From: Eutreptiella sp. 'Long Island Sound 2002'
Taxonomy: Eukaryota > Protista > Euglenida
Reading direction: 5' to 3'
Assembly (NCBI GenBank): GCA_964036045.1
Contig: OZ038378.1
Location: forward strand, 84,940,001-85,004,000
Length of the DNA: 64,000 nucleotides
In this document: piece after piece, positions 35,901 to 46,220 of the stretch
Layout: the number at the start of each line of letters is the position of its first letter
Numbering within the stretch: the stretch's first letter is position 1
Notes under the pieces: model-generated
Database searches by the model: none
What the model saw: only the letters and a program-made list of their open reading frames with translations
What the model was told of the DNA's origin: nothing
Translations under genes and position numbers: made by a program

Positions 35901-38900
35901 GCGTACCGCTGTGGCCACTTGCGCAAGATCATCTTCTGCATCAGGGACAGCACCATCCGGTTCTGGGACCTGGCCACGTTTGAGCAGCTTTATGAACTTG
36001 ATTTCGGATGTCTTGCGCCCGCAGATGGCCCAAAATTGAATGGCACCTCAGTGGCACCCACGACACTTGAGTATCACCCTGTTTTGCACCATCTGGCGAT
36101 TGGACTGGAGGCAGGTTCGAATCCTGGCCGCGTTTGGTTTGCGAGGTGACGTCGGTGAATGCGCAGTTGTGCATTGCATCGGCGGGTGTGTGGTTGTCGT
36201 GCGCATGTGAGAGTGCTTGTGAACATGACGCCGCTCCTGGTAGTGGCAGCTGCCGGTGGTGATTGCTTTGCTTTTGCTCCAGCCTTTTGACCGTTGCCTT
36301 TTTGGGAAAGACGGTTCGGTGTTGACCTGGCTTTCAATCTCGGTGCCCTCTTGTCATGAGTGCTGCGGTCGGTGTCGCTGTGGGTGTGGGTGTGGCTGTG
36401 GGTGCAGGTGTGGGTGCAGATTTGGGCGTGGGTGTTGGTTGAAGACTGCTTGACTGCTGTTTGTGTCTGCAATGCTGCTTGGTGCTGTGGTACACCCTGT
36501 TGGTTGCCGCTTGTATCGCACTTGTGCGTGCATGATAGCAATACCCCCCCACCTCCCCCTCGCAGGTGCAGTGTGCATACTGGGCATTGACCATGGGCTG
36601 GTCCTTCATTACTGCCACAACCATAATATCAGCATCAAGCAGCTGATGTTCACACACGACGGCCGTTGGTTCGTGTCTGTATCGACCAATGCGTTGTGCA
36701 TCAGCGATGCCCAACACCATTACGATGTGATGAAGGTGTGTGGCAGTTCACACATGTGCCCTTTCCTCAATCAGTGGACCAATGGCATGCAGGTTTGGCG
36801 TTGAAAATGAGCCATGAAACAGACCTGCAAGGCCTAAAAGTTGCCACTGCGGCCCTTGAATCCACCCCCAAACCACCCCGACGGAGCACGAAACACAACT
36901 CCACATCTCCCAATTCAAAATTGGACGAAAATGTTGGTAATGTGCCATGCAACACGTCTGACAGCGCTGCGCTGCACCACCCCAGAGATGACTCTTGCCC
37001 TTTCGTGCCGTGGGAAATGCAACGCGTTTGACAGCATTTCTCGGTGATCTTCACATGTGTTTTCAGCCAATCGCCAAAACCTGTCTGAAAATTTCTCGGA
37101 ACTTTTTTTGGGGGGGGACCTCTGATTGGGGTTCTGGGGGCATTTAGAATGAGAGCCCCTCAATGATCAGTCCAAGGTTGGGCCAGCAAAAGAGGGCTGT
37201 GCGTGGATAAGGGTGTGGATGTGGTGTGGCTACAGCTTAGTGGCTGTGTGGCTGTGTGGTGTGTGGGTATTAGCCTCGGTCTACGGTGTGGGTGATACGT
37301 AGGTTGTGGTTGTGGGTGCTGTGTTGGTTGGAAAGGGTGTGGGGGTGCAAGGAAGTGAGGGTGTGGTGTGGGCGGGGGTGTGGATGTGTGTGTGGGGGTG
37401 GGGGTGCAATGTGGTGCTACCTTGTCTGTGCCTGCAGGCAGTACCGTGTGTGCGAGCCTGTCCGCGTCTGGAGGTAGTTCAGGCCTGGCAGTCACAGCTG
37501 ATCGCTGTTGTGGGTGCGTCAGATCCACGACTGGTCTGCATCTACGACACTTCTGAGTACACGGTGTGGAATCCTGCTGCAGAGCTGAGTGCATTCGGAG
37601 AGGAGGTGTGCACCCCCCGCCCTCGAAAAGTACAACGGCAGCCACACTTTGGACGTAGGAAGCACGTGCCGGGCCCTGGGACGCGACCCCCCTCCACACT
37701 TTTTCCAAAGAGTGTGCCCCGCCCAAGGTCAGGCAATTGAAGGCTGTTGGTGCTGAAGGTGCCGGAAGAAGTCCTGTGTGAAACGCAGGTGATGATTGCT
37801 TCATGTTGCTGGTACCATCTGCATCCCTCGGCAACCCTCAACAACCCTGGGTCTTCCCAGCCCCCCTTCAAACCCCCTGCCCACCCCACAAGCGCCCTGC
37901 CCCCCAATTTTCCACAGATAGTTGAGGGAGACAGGGTCGCGGCAGCACAGGCCCTAGCCGCCTCCCCCAGAAGGTCAAGGGTGATGCGCTGTGCTGCTGA
38001 AAGTGGCTGCTGTGAATTCAAGGCGGTTTCTGAATTCTGACGACGCGCCGATTCCAAAAATGCCAGGTTTATGCAACCTCTGGGGCCCCCTCCCCCATCA
38101 GAGCCCCCCCCCCCCTCCCAGGGGCCGGAACCCATATTGGCGCCGATTTTGTCTCCGAATGGGCAGCAAGCAAATGACCACGTGACCCCAAGTTCTTGTT
38201 CAATGCTGATGAAGAGGAGGACTGCAGTCTGGTTGTATGGAAATGGGAACCCGAATTTTCCACAGGTTTTGCCATGTCAAAGCCTGTGTCTTCCTTGTGG
38301 GGTGGCTCAAACCAGTTTCTACGCGCCAGAAATTGTTTCTCAACTGCTTTTCCAACTGCTATACCAACCACCGGTAACCACTCTGCGACCGCTCTTGAAA
38401 ACCCGTTTGGACACCTGACCTCCTAAGCACAGCCATGGTCACAAGGGGGCGCTGTGCCCACACTGCAGCAATTTGAATTTGCAGGCCCCTGATTCACCAG
38501 GAGTTGGATTTTGAGCCTTCAGAGGTCACACGATTCGAATGTGACTGCAATGGCTGGGCCACAAAATGAGGTGCATGGACCACTGCTCCCCACGTCCCGG
38601 GCCAAAGGGTGTGTATCCACTGCAACGGGCAGTCCATTTCATGACATCCATCCAGTGACATTTAGGCCCCCGGTCATGGCCGACCCTTTGTCTGTCCACG
38701 AGCGTCAGCCCACACATAAGCTGCTTTTGCTTGTGCCTATGCCTGTGCCTCTATGCTGCCAACCTTTCCCTATGGGATATGCCTCTACCTTATGCGCAGC
38801 TGATGGCCCAATCATGGCTTGGCAGATGGAGCAGGCTTTTTTTGGGGGGGGATGACTGGGGCTGGGGTGGGTGCTTCACACCGCAAAGGGGGGGTGGGAC

Positions 38901-41900
38901 AGGGTGTGTGACTCCACGGGTCCTAGGATGCCAACTACCCGCCCCCCTCGTAATGGGGGGGGGGGGGGCTCCGGCCAACAGTTGTCAAAGGTACTGGCCT
39001 CAGGAGTCTATTTAGCGCCTATTGGTCCACAAGCACCAGAACCATATGTGTTCATGTACTCAGCGCTTGGAGCGCCAAATCGTGCAAGACAAGGCGCTTT
39101 CGAGGGTTCCTCCCCTGAGGCGCCCCTTTTACCCGTGTGTGTGGGGGGGGTCTCCCTAGGCAATATGGATAGGCCCCTTTTCTGGTTGGGGATATGTCTT
39201 AGTCCTAGGTCCTAACTCAACGATATGTCGAAGGTATTCAAGATGTGGCTGGGAATACCCAAGCCGATGATACCCTACCCTCTATTGGGGCAAGGGGCGG
39301 TGTAAATCGTCGGATCACACCCGGGCCACACACCCAACTGTTTGGAGGTGCCACCCCCCCCCCCCTCCCGGGCAAAAGCCCCACCCACACACCCCCATCG
39401 CCTGGTGGCCGTGGCGGGTCCTGTGAATGGCCAATTGAAGGCACCCGCCGGGCTTGGTTGTTCGCTGTGGTACACCTCTAGTCCATCCTGTAGTGGCAAG
39501 CGGAGGCGGTGGGGCGAACCTCACTGTCTGTGGGGAGCGTGTCCACAACAACTTACTTGCCATGACACCGTCGACACCTCCACACGGGTGGCGTTGTTGG
39601 GACTTGATGTTTGTTCTCTTCCTGTGTGCCCCGCCTTATAGACAGTGCCAATGTGTCGAGCCCGTGCAGACACATAGCACAGTGCCCACGGTGCCACTTG
39701 AGTGCAAGCCGACTCGCGGCATAGTGCCTATGGTGCCAGTGGCGTACAAACAACCACGCACCAAGATGCCTGAGGCAGCAGTGGAGTGCAAACAAACTCG
39801 CAGCACAGTGCCTGCGGTGCCGGTGAAGTGCAAACAAACGCGCAACGCAGTGCTTGAGGTGCAGGTGAAGTGCAAACATACCCTCAACACATTGCGTGAG
39901 GTGCTGGTGAAGTGCAAACAAACACGTGGCACGGTGCCCAAGGTACCCGTGAAGTGCAAACAAACACGAAACACTATGCTTGAGGTGCTTGTGAAGTGCA
40001 AACAAACATGCGGCACAATGCCTAAGGTGCCCGTGAAGTGCAAACAAATACACAGCACAGTGTGTGAGGTGCCGGTGAAGTGCAAACAAACATGTAGCAC
40101 AGCACCAGAGGTGCCGGTGAAGTGCAGACACACACACACACACAGCACGGTGTCTGAGGTGCCGGTGCAGTGTAGTCAAACACGCAGCATAGTGCCTAAG
40201 GTGCGAGTGAAGTGGCAACAAACACACGGCACAACGCCTTAGATGCTGGTGAAGTGCAACAAAATATGTAACACAAATACACCATTGCGCCTGTGCAACA
40301 TTTGGGGCGAAACACGACACATGGCACAGTGCCTAGTGCAATATCGCGGTGCAAGATGGGGCGTCACTTGATGCCTGCTGAGGGACACGGGGAACATGCT
40401 GTGAGTGTGTGTTCGGCACTAGCTCTGGGCCCTGCGGTGGCAATGCTAGTAGCAGTGTATGGGGCACCCGCTCTGGACCCTTGTGGAAGACAGCCTCCAT
40501 GCGGTGCATGTGTGGGCTGTGCCCCCTACGGCAGTGCTGGCATCCACTGAGGAGTTAGCGTGTGTGGTTGTGGGACACCGAGTCTGGGTCCCCGGGCGTG
40601 TGGGGGCCGTTTGCATGTCAGAGTGACGGGCCTAGTTGGCTGCGTGGTCTGCGACCCCGGGATGGCCCTCCTGAAAAGAGCGAAACTCCAATCCAATCCA
40701 ATTCAGACCCCCCCCCATCGCCCCTCCTAGATCCTCCCCTCCCAGAACCCCCCCAAGGAGGCCTCCGGCCGGCGGTTAGTTGGGTAGTTGGCGGCCGGAA
40801 CCGAGGAGTCCCCCCCCCCCACGTTCCAGAATGGCTGGCAACGGGGTGGGCGGGGCCGTTAGGAAGGGACCCATACACGCCACAGAATGGAGCAGTAATC
40901 CACAACGCAAGTGGAATCTCACCAGTTGTGCAAATTGGGGGGGGGGGGGGTTATACAGAGTAGAATTTCTGTGTCAGAAATTCTGTCCAAAATTTTGGTT
41001 CGCAATTTGTTCGGTGTTCTTAAGGATTTGCACAGGTATACGCAAGGCTGTGCTTTTGCTCACTTGTACCATGCCAAAGGATTTGGCTAGTTATAGTTGC
41101 TTTCCCAAGGAAGTCCCAGAAGTGCTGAAGTGGTCCTTCCTCATGTGTAGTATTACCGTGGCATTCAATGGGGTGCAGACAAGAGTGCTGGCCGATGCAC
41201 CCAGAAATTCCTCCGGGAAATAACAGCAACTGTCCACTGTTCTCGTGAGCAATTTCTACCAACCCTGCAGAATTAAGTCCCTCATTTTTTGAGAATTGGC
41301 ACGGGTTTTGTCGCGCCAGAATCCATGGATTCGGATTTTCCTCGACACGGATTCCCCCGCTCCCCCCAGTATGGAACCGTACGTCCTCATCCAGGGCCAT
41401 GGGGGAGGATGCCAGGCATGGGCACTATGTGTGCCTTTGGCGCTGATGCGTAACACTGATCTGATCTGACTCTGTGTCACAATCCCCACATCCGATGTGG
41501 TGAAGCGCGCCCTCCCAACGGCACAGGCATGGGAATGACGGAATGCAAAGCCCGTCAGTGCTGGCAGGGGGTGGCGTGCCCTAGCGAACAGCGGGACGGA
41601 CATTCCACTCCCCCCACAGTACTACCCCACAGCATCTGCCCTGCCCGGCCCTGCCCTGCCCTTGCCTTCCCCCGCTGTTGTGTACTGTGTTGTCCCTTGC
41701 TGCCCTACCTTGCGGTGCCGTGCCAGGCTACAAGGTCCCTCCCCCCACCGTGCTGAATCAGACAATCCTTGCCGCCCTCCACTTCCCCCCCCTTCCCCTA
41801 TCCACAATCAGGTTAGGGTTAGGATGGACCAATCAGGGACCGCCATACCTTTGGCACACGGGGCACGCACCATGAACGATACCACAGTCAAGAGGCCTGG

Positions 41901-42422
41901 AACTGCAGCTCACCACAGAGAGGGTAGCAAATCCCGCCCCAAACAAGAAAGTGCGCATGTTCTCATGAGGCATGCCCTGGAGACGCCCCCCCCCAAAAAA
42001 AACACATACACACACCGTCGAGTTGGATGACATAAATATCATTTTTGAGCTGTTCAGGGAACAGGCAAGCCACATGTCATGTTCATTTGGCTCAAAGTGC
42101 CGTTTGTATGACCGGATGGTTCCCTGGGGCCACGTTTGAGGGAGCGTCAGCATCTGCGCGCAAGCGCACATTGCCCCTGCGTGTTGGTGGATGCGGCGCC
42201 CGTTTCAAAGGTGGTCGCTGCTGTTTTCTCCAAAGACGACGTCTCATTGTACATCATCGCGGCCAACAATGCCATTTTTCAAGTGGACGTGCAAAGTGGT
42301 GCGGTGGTGCAATCCATTGCTTGGCAGCAAGGCCTCATGTCCACAATGGACATCACGGCTGATGGGGTCTGGGTGCTGACTGCCGCCGACGATGATAGCG
42401 TTCACGCGTTGTGTACCAAGAG
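12515..42422 (+). CDS. WDR90: Multi-exon WD40-repeat gene, WDR90/POC16-like (partial; 11 exons)
   Basis: Eleven exons join with GT-AG boundaries and consistent phases into one stop-free frame of ~606 codons. The peptide runs LRLLQVYG...FPAG|GVLVAMDI...[12 protein letters not shown]...ASAQQG...IR|IWDAE...|[15 protein letters not shown]...|VFVGTRDG...VWPT|[15 protein letters not shown]...|[16 protein letters not shown]...|[17 protein letters not shown]. This follows my recollection of human WDR90 (VWPLDFSSVLLEAEHEGPV...RTVRIWDLATLQQLY) in order and spacing. Confidence 0.85.
13760..13901 (+). CDS. WDR90: WDR90-like exon ([47 protein letters not shown])
   Basis: Polypyrimidine tract plus ctccAG acceptor, donor GTGCGT at 13902, WD40 blade motif. 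Confidence 0.9.
15650..15866 (+). CDS. WDR90: WDR90-like exon ([13 protein letters not shown]...LALWDCS...MAQ)
   Basis: ttcAG acceptor, donor GTGGCG at 15867, two WD motifs. Confidence 0.9.
18161..18330 (+). CDS. WDR90: WDR90-like exon ([34 protein letters not shown]...YPT)
   Basis: cacAG acceptor, donor GTCCAT at 18331; phase 0 in, phase 2 out. Confidence 0.85.
18546..19929 (+). mobile_element. Intronic A/purine-rich insertion carrying a decayed ORF with an intact-looking J-domain
   Basis: [46 protein letters not shown] at 18887-19030 (HPD at 18953-61). The same frame continues on both sides past single stops. GAAGCCC flanks it at 18539-45 and 19930-36 as a candidate TSD. Confidence 0.65.
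20179..20596 (+). mobile_element. Non-autonomous element with an internal tRNA-like (pol III A/B box) segment, copy 1
   Basis: Homologous to 27400-27737. tRNA-like part 20302-20373 has an A-box-like CTAGTGGGTAAAGC and a B-box-like GGTTTAAAACCC. Confidence 0.65.
22007..22194 (+). CDS. WDR90: WDR90-like exon ([22 protein letters not shown]...[11 protein letters not shown])
   Basis: Long polypyrimidine tract plus ttgcAG, donor GTCTGG at 22195. Confidence 0.9.
22895..23217 (+). repeat. Dispersed repeat, copy A (inverted partner of 34834-35186)
   Basis: Near-identical reverse-complement sequence; both give the peptide ...[34 protein letters not shown]...AFSRGPGWY. Confidence 0.95.
23578..23965. 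mobile_element. ~390-bp insertion bounded by a perfect 19-bp direct repeat
   Basis: GCTTGAGACGGAGCCACTG at 23559-77 and 23966-84. Confidence 0.65.
24516..24602 (+). CDS. WDR90: WDR90-like exon ([29 protein letters not shown])
   Basis: tttcAG acceptor, donor GTGTGC at 24603; completes the VWPxDFS motif. Confidence 0.9.
25130..26340 (-). pseudogene. Decayed protein-coding remnant, possibly the pre-RT part of the same retroelement
   Basis: Protein-like frames broken by stops: [10 protein letters not shown]..., [14 protein letters not shown] (loosely like the PLE DK..xxCxxY region). No firm domain call. Confidence 0.3.
26428..27241. mobile_element. Foldback/MITE-like element with reiterated inverted termini
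   Basis: Left end (G/T)CGTAAGTCGCTTATTTTTTTTT in 2-3 copies (26428-26490). Right end CGACTTACGCCAAAAAAAAAAGCGACTTACGC (27183-27241) is its reverse complement. Confidence 0.7.
27400..27737 (+). mobile_element. Non-autonomous element with an internal tRNA-like segment, copy 2
   Basis: Shares GGGTTTTCACCCCATGTGTCTA...CAAATATGAATACC...CATTTCCGCCCACTT with copy 1; canonical B box GGTTCAAATCC at 27572-82. Confidence 0.65.
28055..29470 (+). pseudogene. Decayed reverse transcriptase with Penelope-like motif spacing
   Basis: Ordered motifs across stops and frameshifts: KGKSL...[10 protein letters not shown] (RT1-2-like), [10 protein letters not shown] (RT3-like), [13 protein letters not shown] (RT4-like), QFRDNIVL at 28709-32 (RT5 position). 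Confidence 0.5.
29833..29983. repeat. Compound microsatellite (GT)n-(GCGT)n-(GT)n
   Basis: Directly visible in the sequence. Confidence 0.98.
30324..34428 (+). mobile_element. 5'-truncated non-LTR retrotransposon (APE endonuclease + RT) with TSD
   Basis: Stop-free frame 30324-33410. APE motifs: [33 protein letters not shown] motifs: LIPK...[27 protein letters not shown] (33060-71), NPKKS, SLGV. Flanked by TACTGGAGCCCCCTTTTGA (30305-23) and TACTGGAGCCCCTTTTGA (34429-46). Confidence 0.92.
33341..34291 (+). CDS. Pro/Ser-rich ORF in the 3' part of the LINE with a duplicated ~40-aa module
   Basis: 316-codon ORF inside the TSD-bounded unit; [15 protein letters not shown]...DEDxxQYxVxxSTPP occurs twice (~33810-34075). 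Confidence 0.5.
   Translation: MSRHALSYLQLTGAITPERASRIVVVSTPEGQRTPLPTRSSEQPPHEKGRDIPPGIARMLQQIRMPPARPQPLQPRREPRPNERTSRTAVLPTGPPMGFNVTSTPSPRVLSRPGQFSPSPAWSPAVTSSWHSVRHVTPEHWSPACTPGGGSNRQQDSPHLPPVLLAPLFESAMSTPRRDSTQSASDEDVQQYAVRCSTPPDLPPTLLAPLFESVMSASRAGSTHCECDEDMGQYEVQYSTPPSVGEWPPNPFTFPSLRGARRLCTELPGMARQGQGWVRDPHAQHSTMLYSMQEGALSSNSAEGLMKHGRASREAT
34665..34797 (+). CDS. WDR90: WDR90-like exon ([44 protein letters not shown])
   Basis: cccAG acceptor, donor GTATGC at 34798; follows a 10,062-nt intron in the correct phase. Confidence 0.9.
34834..35186 (-). repeat. Dispersed repeat, copy B (inverted; carries an extra 30 nt)
   Basis: Reverse complement of 22895-23217 with a 30-nt insertion (PHCP[[10 protein letters not shown]]LENCG). 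Confidence 0.95.
35945..36114 (+). CDS. WDR90: WDR90-like exon ([20 protein letters not shown]...[14 protein letters not shown])
   Basis: catcAG acceptor, donor GTTCGA at 36115. Confidence 0.9.
36566..36735 (+). CDS. WDR90: WDR90-like exon ([10 protein letters not shown]...[21 protein letters not shown]...DVMK)
   Basis: cgcAG acceptor, donor GTGTGT at 36736. Confidence 0.9.
37438..37563 (+). CDS. WDR90: WDR90-like exon (AVPCVRAC...[23 protein letters not shown])
   Basis: ctgcAG acceptor, donor GTGTGG at 37564; phase 0/0. Confidence 0.75.
39640..40240 (+). repeat. 42-nt minisatellite (GTGAAGTGCAAACAAACACGCAGCACAGTGCCTGAGGTGCCG), ~14 copies
   Basis: Exact 42-nt periodicity; translates as ([14 protein letters not shown])n. 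Confidence 0.95.
42151..42422 (+). CDS. WDR90: WDR90-like exon (HLRAS...[38 protein letters not shown]...[16 protein letters not shown])
   Basis: gtcAG acceptor at 42149-50 (weak pyrimidine tract) gives the expected spacing to the AxxF blade motif; donor GTGCGC at 42423. Confidence 0.7.
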
Positions 42423-42769
42423 GTGCGCACGCCCCTGTCACCAACGGTTGAAGCATGCCGCAGAATGCCGCAGCATGCCGCAGCACCTGATTTTGGGGCC
42501 TGTCGGTGGGGGTTTTGAAGCATGCCGCAGCACGCCGCAGCACACTGAAAATTCGGCTCAGACCAAAATATTGATACCATCCTTCAGCACCTGTGCAGTA
42601 GAGAATGATGGTACTCTAGTGGATAGATGCAGTGGCTGTGGTATACAGGTCCCTGATTCAATTTCCAGAGCTGTCAACACGATGTCCTACAGGCAGAGAT
42701 AGCAAAGGTCCAGGCTGACCTATTCCCTCCCCACTTTTTTTTCTTTCTTGTGGTGTTGTGCTTTGCCAG

Positions 42770-42921
42770 GCTGTTGCTATCTTCACTTTGTCTTCCGATG
42801 TCTACTGTTGAACCCACTGCCAAGGGGACAACACAACCCAAGAGGAACAAGGAGACAACCAGGAGCACCACAGACTGTCTGCAGACTGTTTGCAGTGGGC
42901 AATTGGAGAAGGCATGGGGCA
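42770..42921 (+). CDS. Candidate further WDR90 exon
   Basis: Strong polypyrimidine tract plus gccAG acceptor in the required phase 2, open frame (LLLSSLCLPM...LQTVCSGQLEKAWG). The donor position is uncertain and protein similarity is weak. Confidence 0.35.
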
Positions 42922-43419
42922 GTAGCTATGTTGTACAGACACCCAGGGTTTGTGTGTGATGTAGCGGTTTGCCACCTTTGAAGCTTTTTGGAAAATTAGG
43001 TTACCCCCACCAACGCCTTGAAGCATGCCGCAGCATGCCGCAGCACAGCAAATTTTTCTGGGCAACGTTGGTGCCTGCCCCTGTGTGCACGCACAGACAC
43101 AGGGTTGGAGGAGGGGGTGGCTGCCGAGGCCAGAGTTGACTCCACCCCCCCCCCCCCCGCGCGGCAAGGGGGCCTCCAGCCAACAGCTAGGGTGGGGTGT
43201 AGTGTATTACCCGAGGGGTTGCCACCAGACATGTATTAGAACGGCAGTACACCGTAGGAGGAGGGGGGGTACCCCCCCCTGGACCCCCCTCCCCCCCCCC
43301 CCTAGACCCCCCTCCCCCCCCCCTCCCCCCCTTCTAATGTGTGATTGAACACCTGATCGGCCTGTTGCTGTCACTGTAAAGATGAGACGCGGTGTCAACT
43401 GACACTGTGCTCTCTGCAG

Positions 43420-43799
43420 GTCCTGCAGCCATCTTGTTTTTTCGGTGTGCTGACATTTTCAGTGGGAAGCGGCGCGAGACGGCCTACAATTTGGCGCAAA
43501 AGAGTGCTGCCTTTTTACAGAAGCGGGTCTTGGCATCGCAGCAGAGGTTATTGTGTAGAGCGGCAAAACGTGGGTCAGCGGACCATTGCCGCATTTTGCC
43601 TTACGAACTGCATGCTATACGACATATTGTGCAGCCCAACCTGTATGCTGTGATGCCACGCAACACTAATTTGTTGCAGCATGTGTGGACACCAGTGGCA
43701 CAGATTACTCCAGCTCTTCCGATGGACAGTGTGATACGTCTTCCGAGGAGAGTTCTGATGCCGAGTAACCCGGACCTGAATGACCCTGTGTGTACCTGA
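43420..43799 (+). CDS. Candidate further exon (PAAILFFRCADIFSGKRR...)
   Basis: tctctgcAG acceptor followed by a 126-codon open frame in phase 1; only loose WD-like resemblance. Confidence 0.25.
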
Positions 43800-44149
43800 G
43801 TGAACCTGAATGAACCTGTGTGTACCTGAGGGAACCTGGCGCTTGCATTGTATTGCAGATTCACCATCCAGAGACATGCGGGTGTGCTTTGCAAAGAAAA
43901 GGGTGAGCAGAAATGGACAGCCGAACCACCAGGACCCATTTTCAAAAATTGGTCCTGGTGGTCTCCCACCCCAGTACTAAGTGGTCGTGACTTGCCTTAA
44001 CCTCTGTAGTTGGGCAGGGTTACAGGCCCTTCTCACACTGGCAGACGTTTGTGAACACTGTGGTCAACAACCTATAGAGAACTTCTGGGAATTTTTTTTT
44101 GGATAACATGTCATGCTATGAACCTTGGGATGCATGAGGTAAGCAGTTC

Positions 44150-44222
44150 TGTGTGATAGGTGAGTGGTAGAACAGTGCGCTGCAGGTTTACAGGTAGCTG
44201 GTTCAAACCCCACCGGAGGCAT
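44150..44222 (+). pseudogene. tRNA-Cys(GCA)-derived pseudogene or SINE head
   Basis: GATAGGTGAGTGGTAGAACAGTGCGCTGCAGGTTTACAGGTAGCTGGTTCAAACCC follows the tRNA-Cys pattern (TAGCTCAGTGGTAGAGCA...CTGCAGA...AGGT...GGTTCAAATCC). Acceptor and anticodon stems are broken. Confidence 0.6.
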
Positions 44223-44534
44223 TCTTTTGCTGGTGATGATGTCCCACAGATTTTCGTTTTTTTGGGTGCCATTGCCATCTTCGGCAGAAAAAAAAAGATT
44301 TTTCCCAATTTTTTGCCGGACACCCTAGGAGGAGGGGTGTCCCAGCCAGACCCCCCTCCCCCCCCCCCCCTCCAGACCCCCCCCACCCCCCCCTCCCCCC
44401 CTTCTAATACATGGTTGGTTGCCACCCCGTGCCGGTATTGCTTACCGATGCCTAGTCCCACAACGTATGTGTCTTGACCATGCTGCGTCTCACCCACTTG
44501 GCTACGACCTTCCCCCTGCACCTAACCCCCCTCC

Positions 44535-45924
44535 TCACACGGGCGCCTTGGGACTCGGGCCTTCATGTGGCCCCTTGTGGGGCCGCTTGATGGCCTGGGT
44601 GACATGGAGGTTGGGGAACCTGAGGTTAAGGCCTTGGGTTCGCTCAATGGCAAAAAATGCCATTGGTCGGGGATCGGCCACACCGGTGGGTGAGGCCTTT
44701 GGAGTCCCCGACCCTCGGTGGACATCAAGGGCATTGAAAAAAAAATCTGGTGCCCCTTTTGAAAGGCACAGCCCTCTCCACCCAAGGGCACGGAACCCAG
44801 AAATACTTGAAGGGACAAAAAGAAAATGCGAGCCATCCTCGGCTTCATAATCATGCGTAAGCTTAATCAAACAATTAACAATCAAAGTGCCCTTAGGCAA
44901 ATTGTAAGGGGGGGCATCGCGATGCACGTGCTGCGGGATGTGGTCATAGCACGAGATCTCGGCCATGTCCAGCATTGTGCATCTCCACCCGACCCCCCCA
45001 CCCCCACCCCCTTCTTCGCCGACCATAAACAGTGCGACGGGCCCCTGAATCTTTGGGCGTGCCCACAATTTGGGGGGTCTTCATTGAAAATGGCTGCCTT
45101 CTCTATGAGAGGCACCCTAGCAAGGTCTTCCAAAAGACTCTCGGGTTGACTCAAGAAATGATGCTCAAGCAAGTGGTTCACCACCAACCGGTCCCTCTCG
45201 GTGTAAACCACAAGATCTTCTGGATCCCTATTAAAGGCCCCCATGGGCTCTGCCTCAACCACTTCTCGGCCTCTCCAATAAGGGCAGGTGTGGCCCCAAA
45301 AGGGAAAAGAATCACCCCCTGCCCCGAAAAAATGTTGGGAGTGGTGACCCCATACCACGCACGCTCCCACTCCCTTGAGGCGCAAAGGGAGTGGATAGGG
45401 AGCTTGGTTTCTGGGTCCTCGGTACAGCCCCGGCGGGTGTTGTGGGTGAGGGGTTAGGGAAACCAACCATCCGTCTTCCCCTTCCCCTTACCTGGCCTGA
45501 TCCTTACCTCCTCTTCCCCTGCCTCGTCCTCCTCCTCCTCTTGACCCACATAGAGGGTCATCTTCGTCCCCGCACCCTTCTTAGCGTGGGCCGTGACGGA
45601 CTCCACCACCACCTCCACATCCTCCGCATGGAGCTAGATCAATAATCCAGCAACCCCTCGATTTACGTCCAACAACTCAAAGATCTAGTTGCTGGGAAGC
45701 AGGGGGTCTTTGTCTTCAGCCATGAAGGGGGACTTATGGATGATGAGTCCAAAATCCGCACCCTTCTCAGAATGACTCGCCACAGGGCGCCTCACCGAGG
45801 TGTCACCCAGCGTAAACCCCTCGGGTCCGCCAAGGGGATCAATCCCAAGGAGCTTTTGATGGTGCTCGCACCAAGCATGGGCAGCGGCAAGGGCCATGAT
45901 AAAGAATTTGAGGTCTAAGACCAA
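44535..45924 (-). pseudogene. Decayed ORF of unknown type (element-like)
   Basis: Protein-like frame LDLKFFIMALAAAH...LPSN*IFELLDVNRGVAGLLI*LHAEDVEVVVES...; later frames VEAEPMGAFNRDPEDLVVY... and MLDMAEISCYDHIP... No recognisable domain. Confidence 0.4.
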
Positions 45925-46220
45925 GAGGGGAAACCTGGAACAAGAGCAAACAAAACGCGATAACTCGAGCGATACCTAGTTTTCTCGAGATAACCCCCGC
46001 GATAACCCCCGCGATAACTAGTGCACTAAACCCGTTCCAACTAGTTAGAGCACAAAAAGACCAAAACGCAAAAAGTGCAAAACGGGCGATACGAAGCAAA
46101 CGAGACATGCAAGGCACATTGTTGCATCATAGTGCACCCATGTAACACGTGAAAGTCCGGGTTCCAACCATATTAACAACCTCCAAAAATGGGGGGGTTC
46201 CGCACCACGCCCTAGAATAG

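Noticed and set aside
41811-41823. Telomeric repeat GGTTAGGGTTAGG
   Set aside because: Only two units; expected by chance in 64 kb of G-rich sequence.
37564-42150. Non-conventional (non GT-AG) euglenid intron
   Set aside because: A GT-AG solution keeps the frame and gives the expected WD spacing, so no atypical junction is needed.
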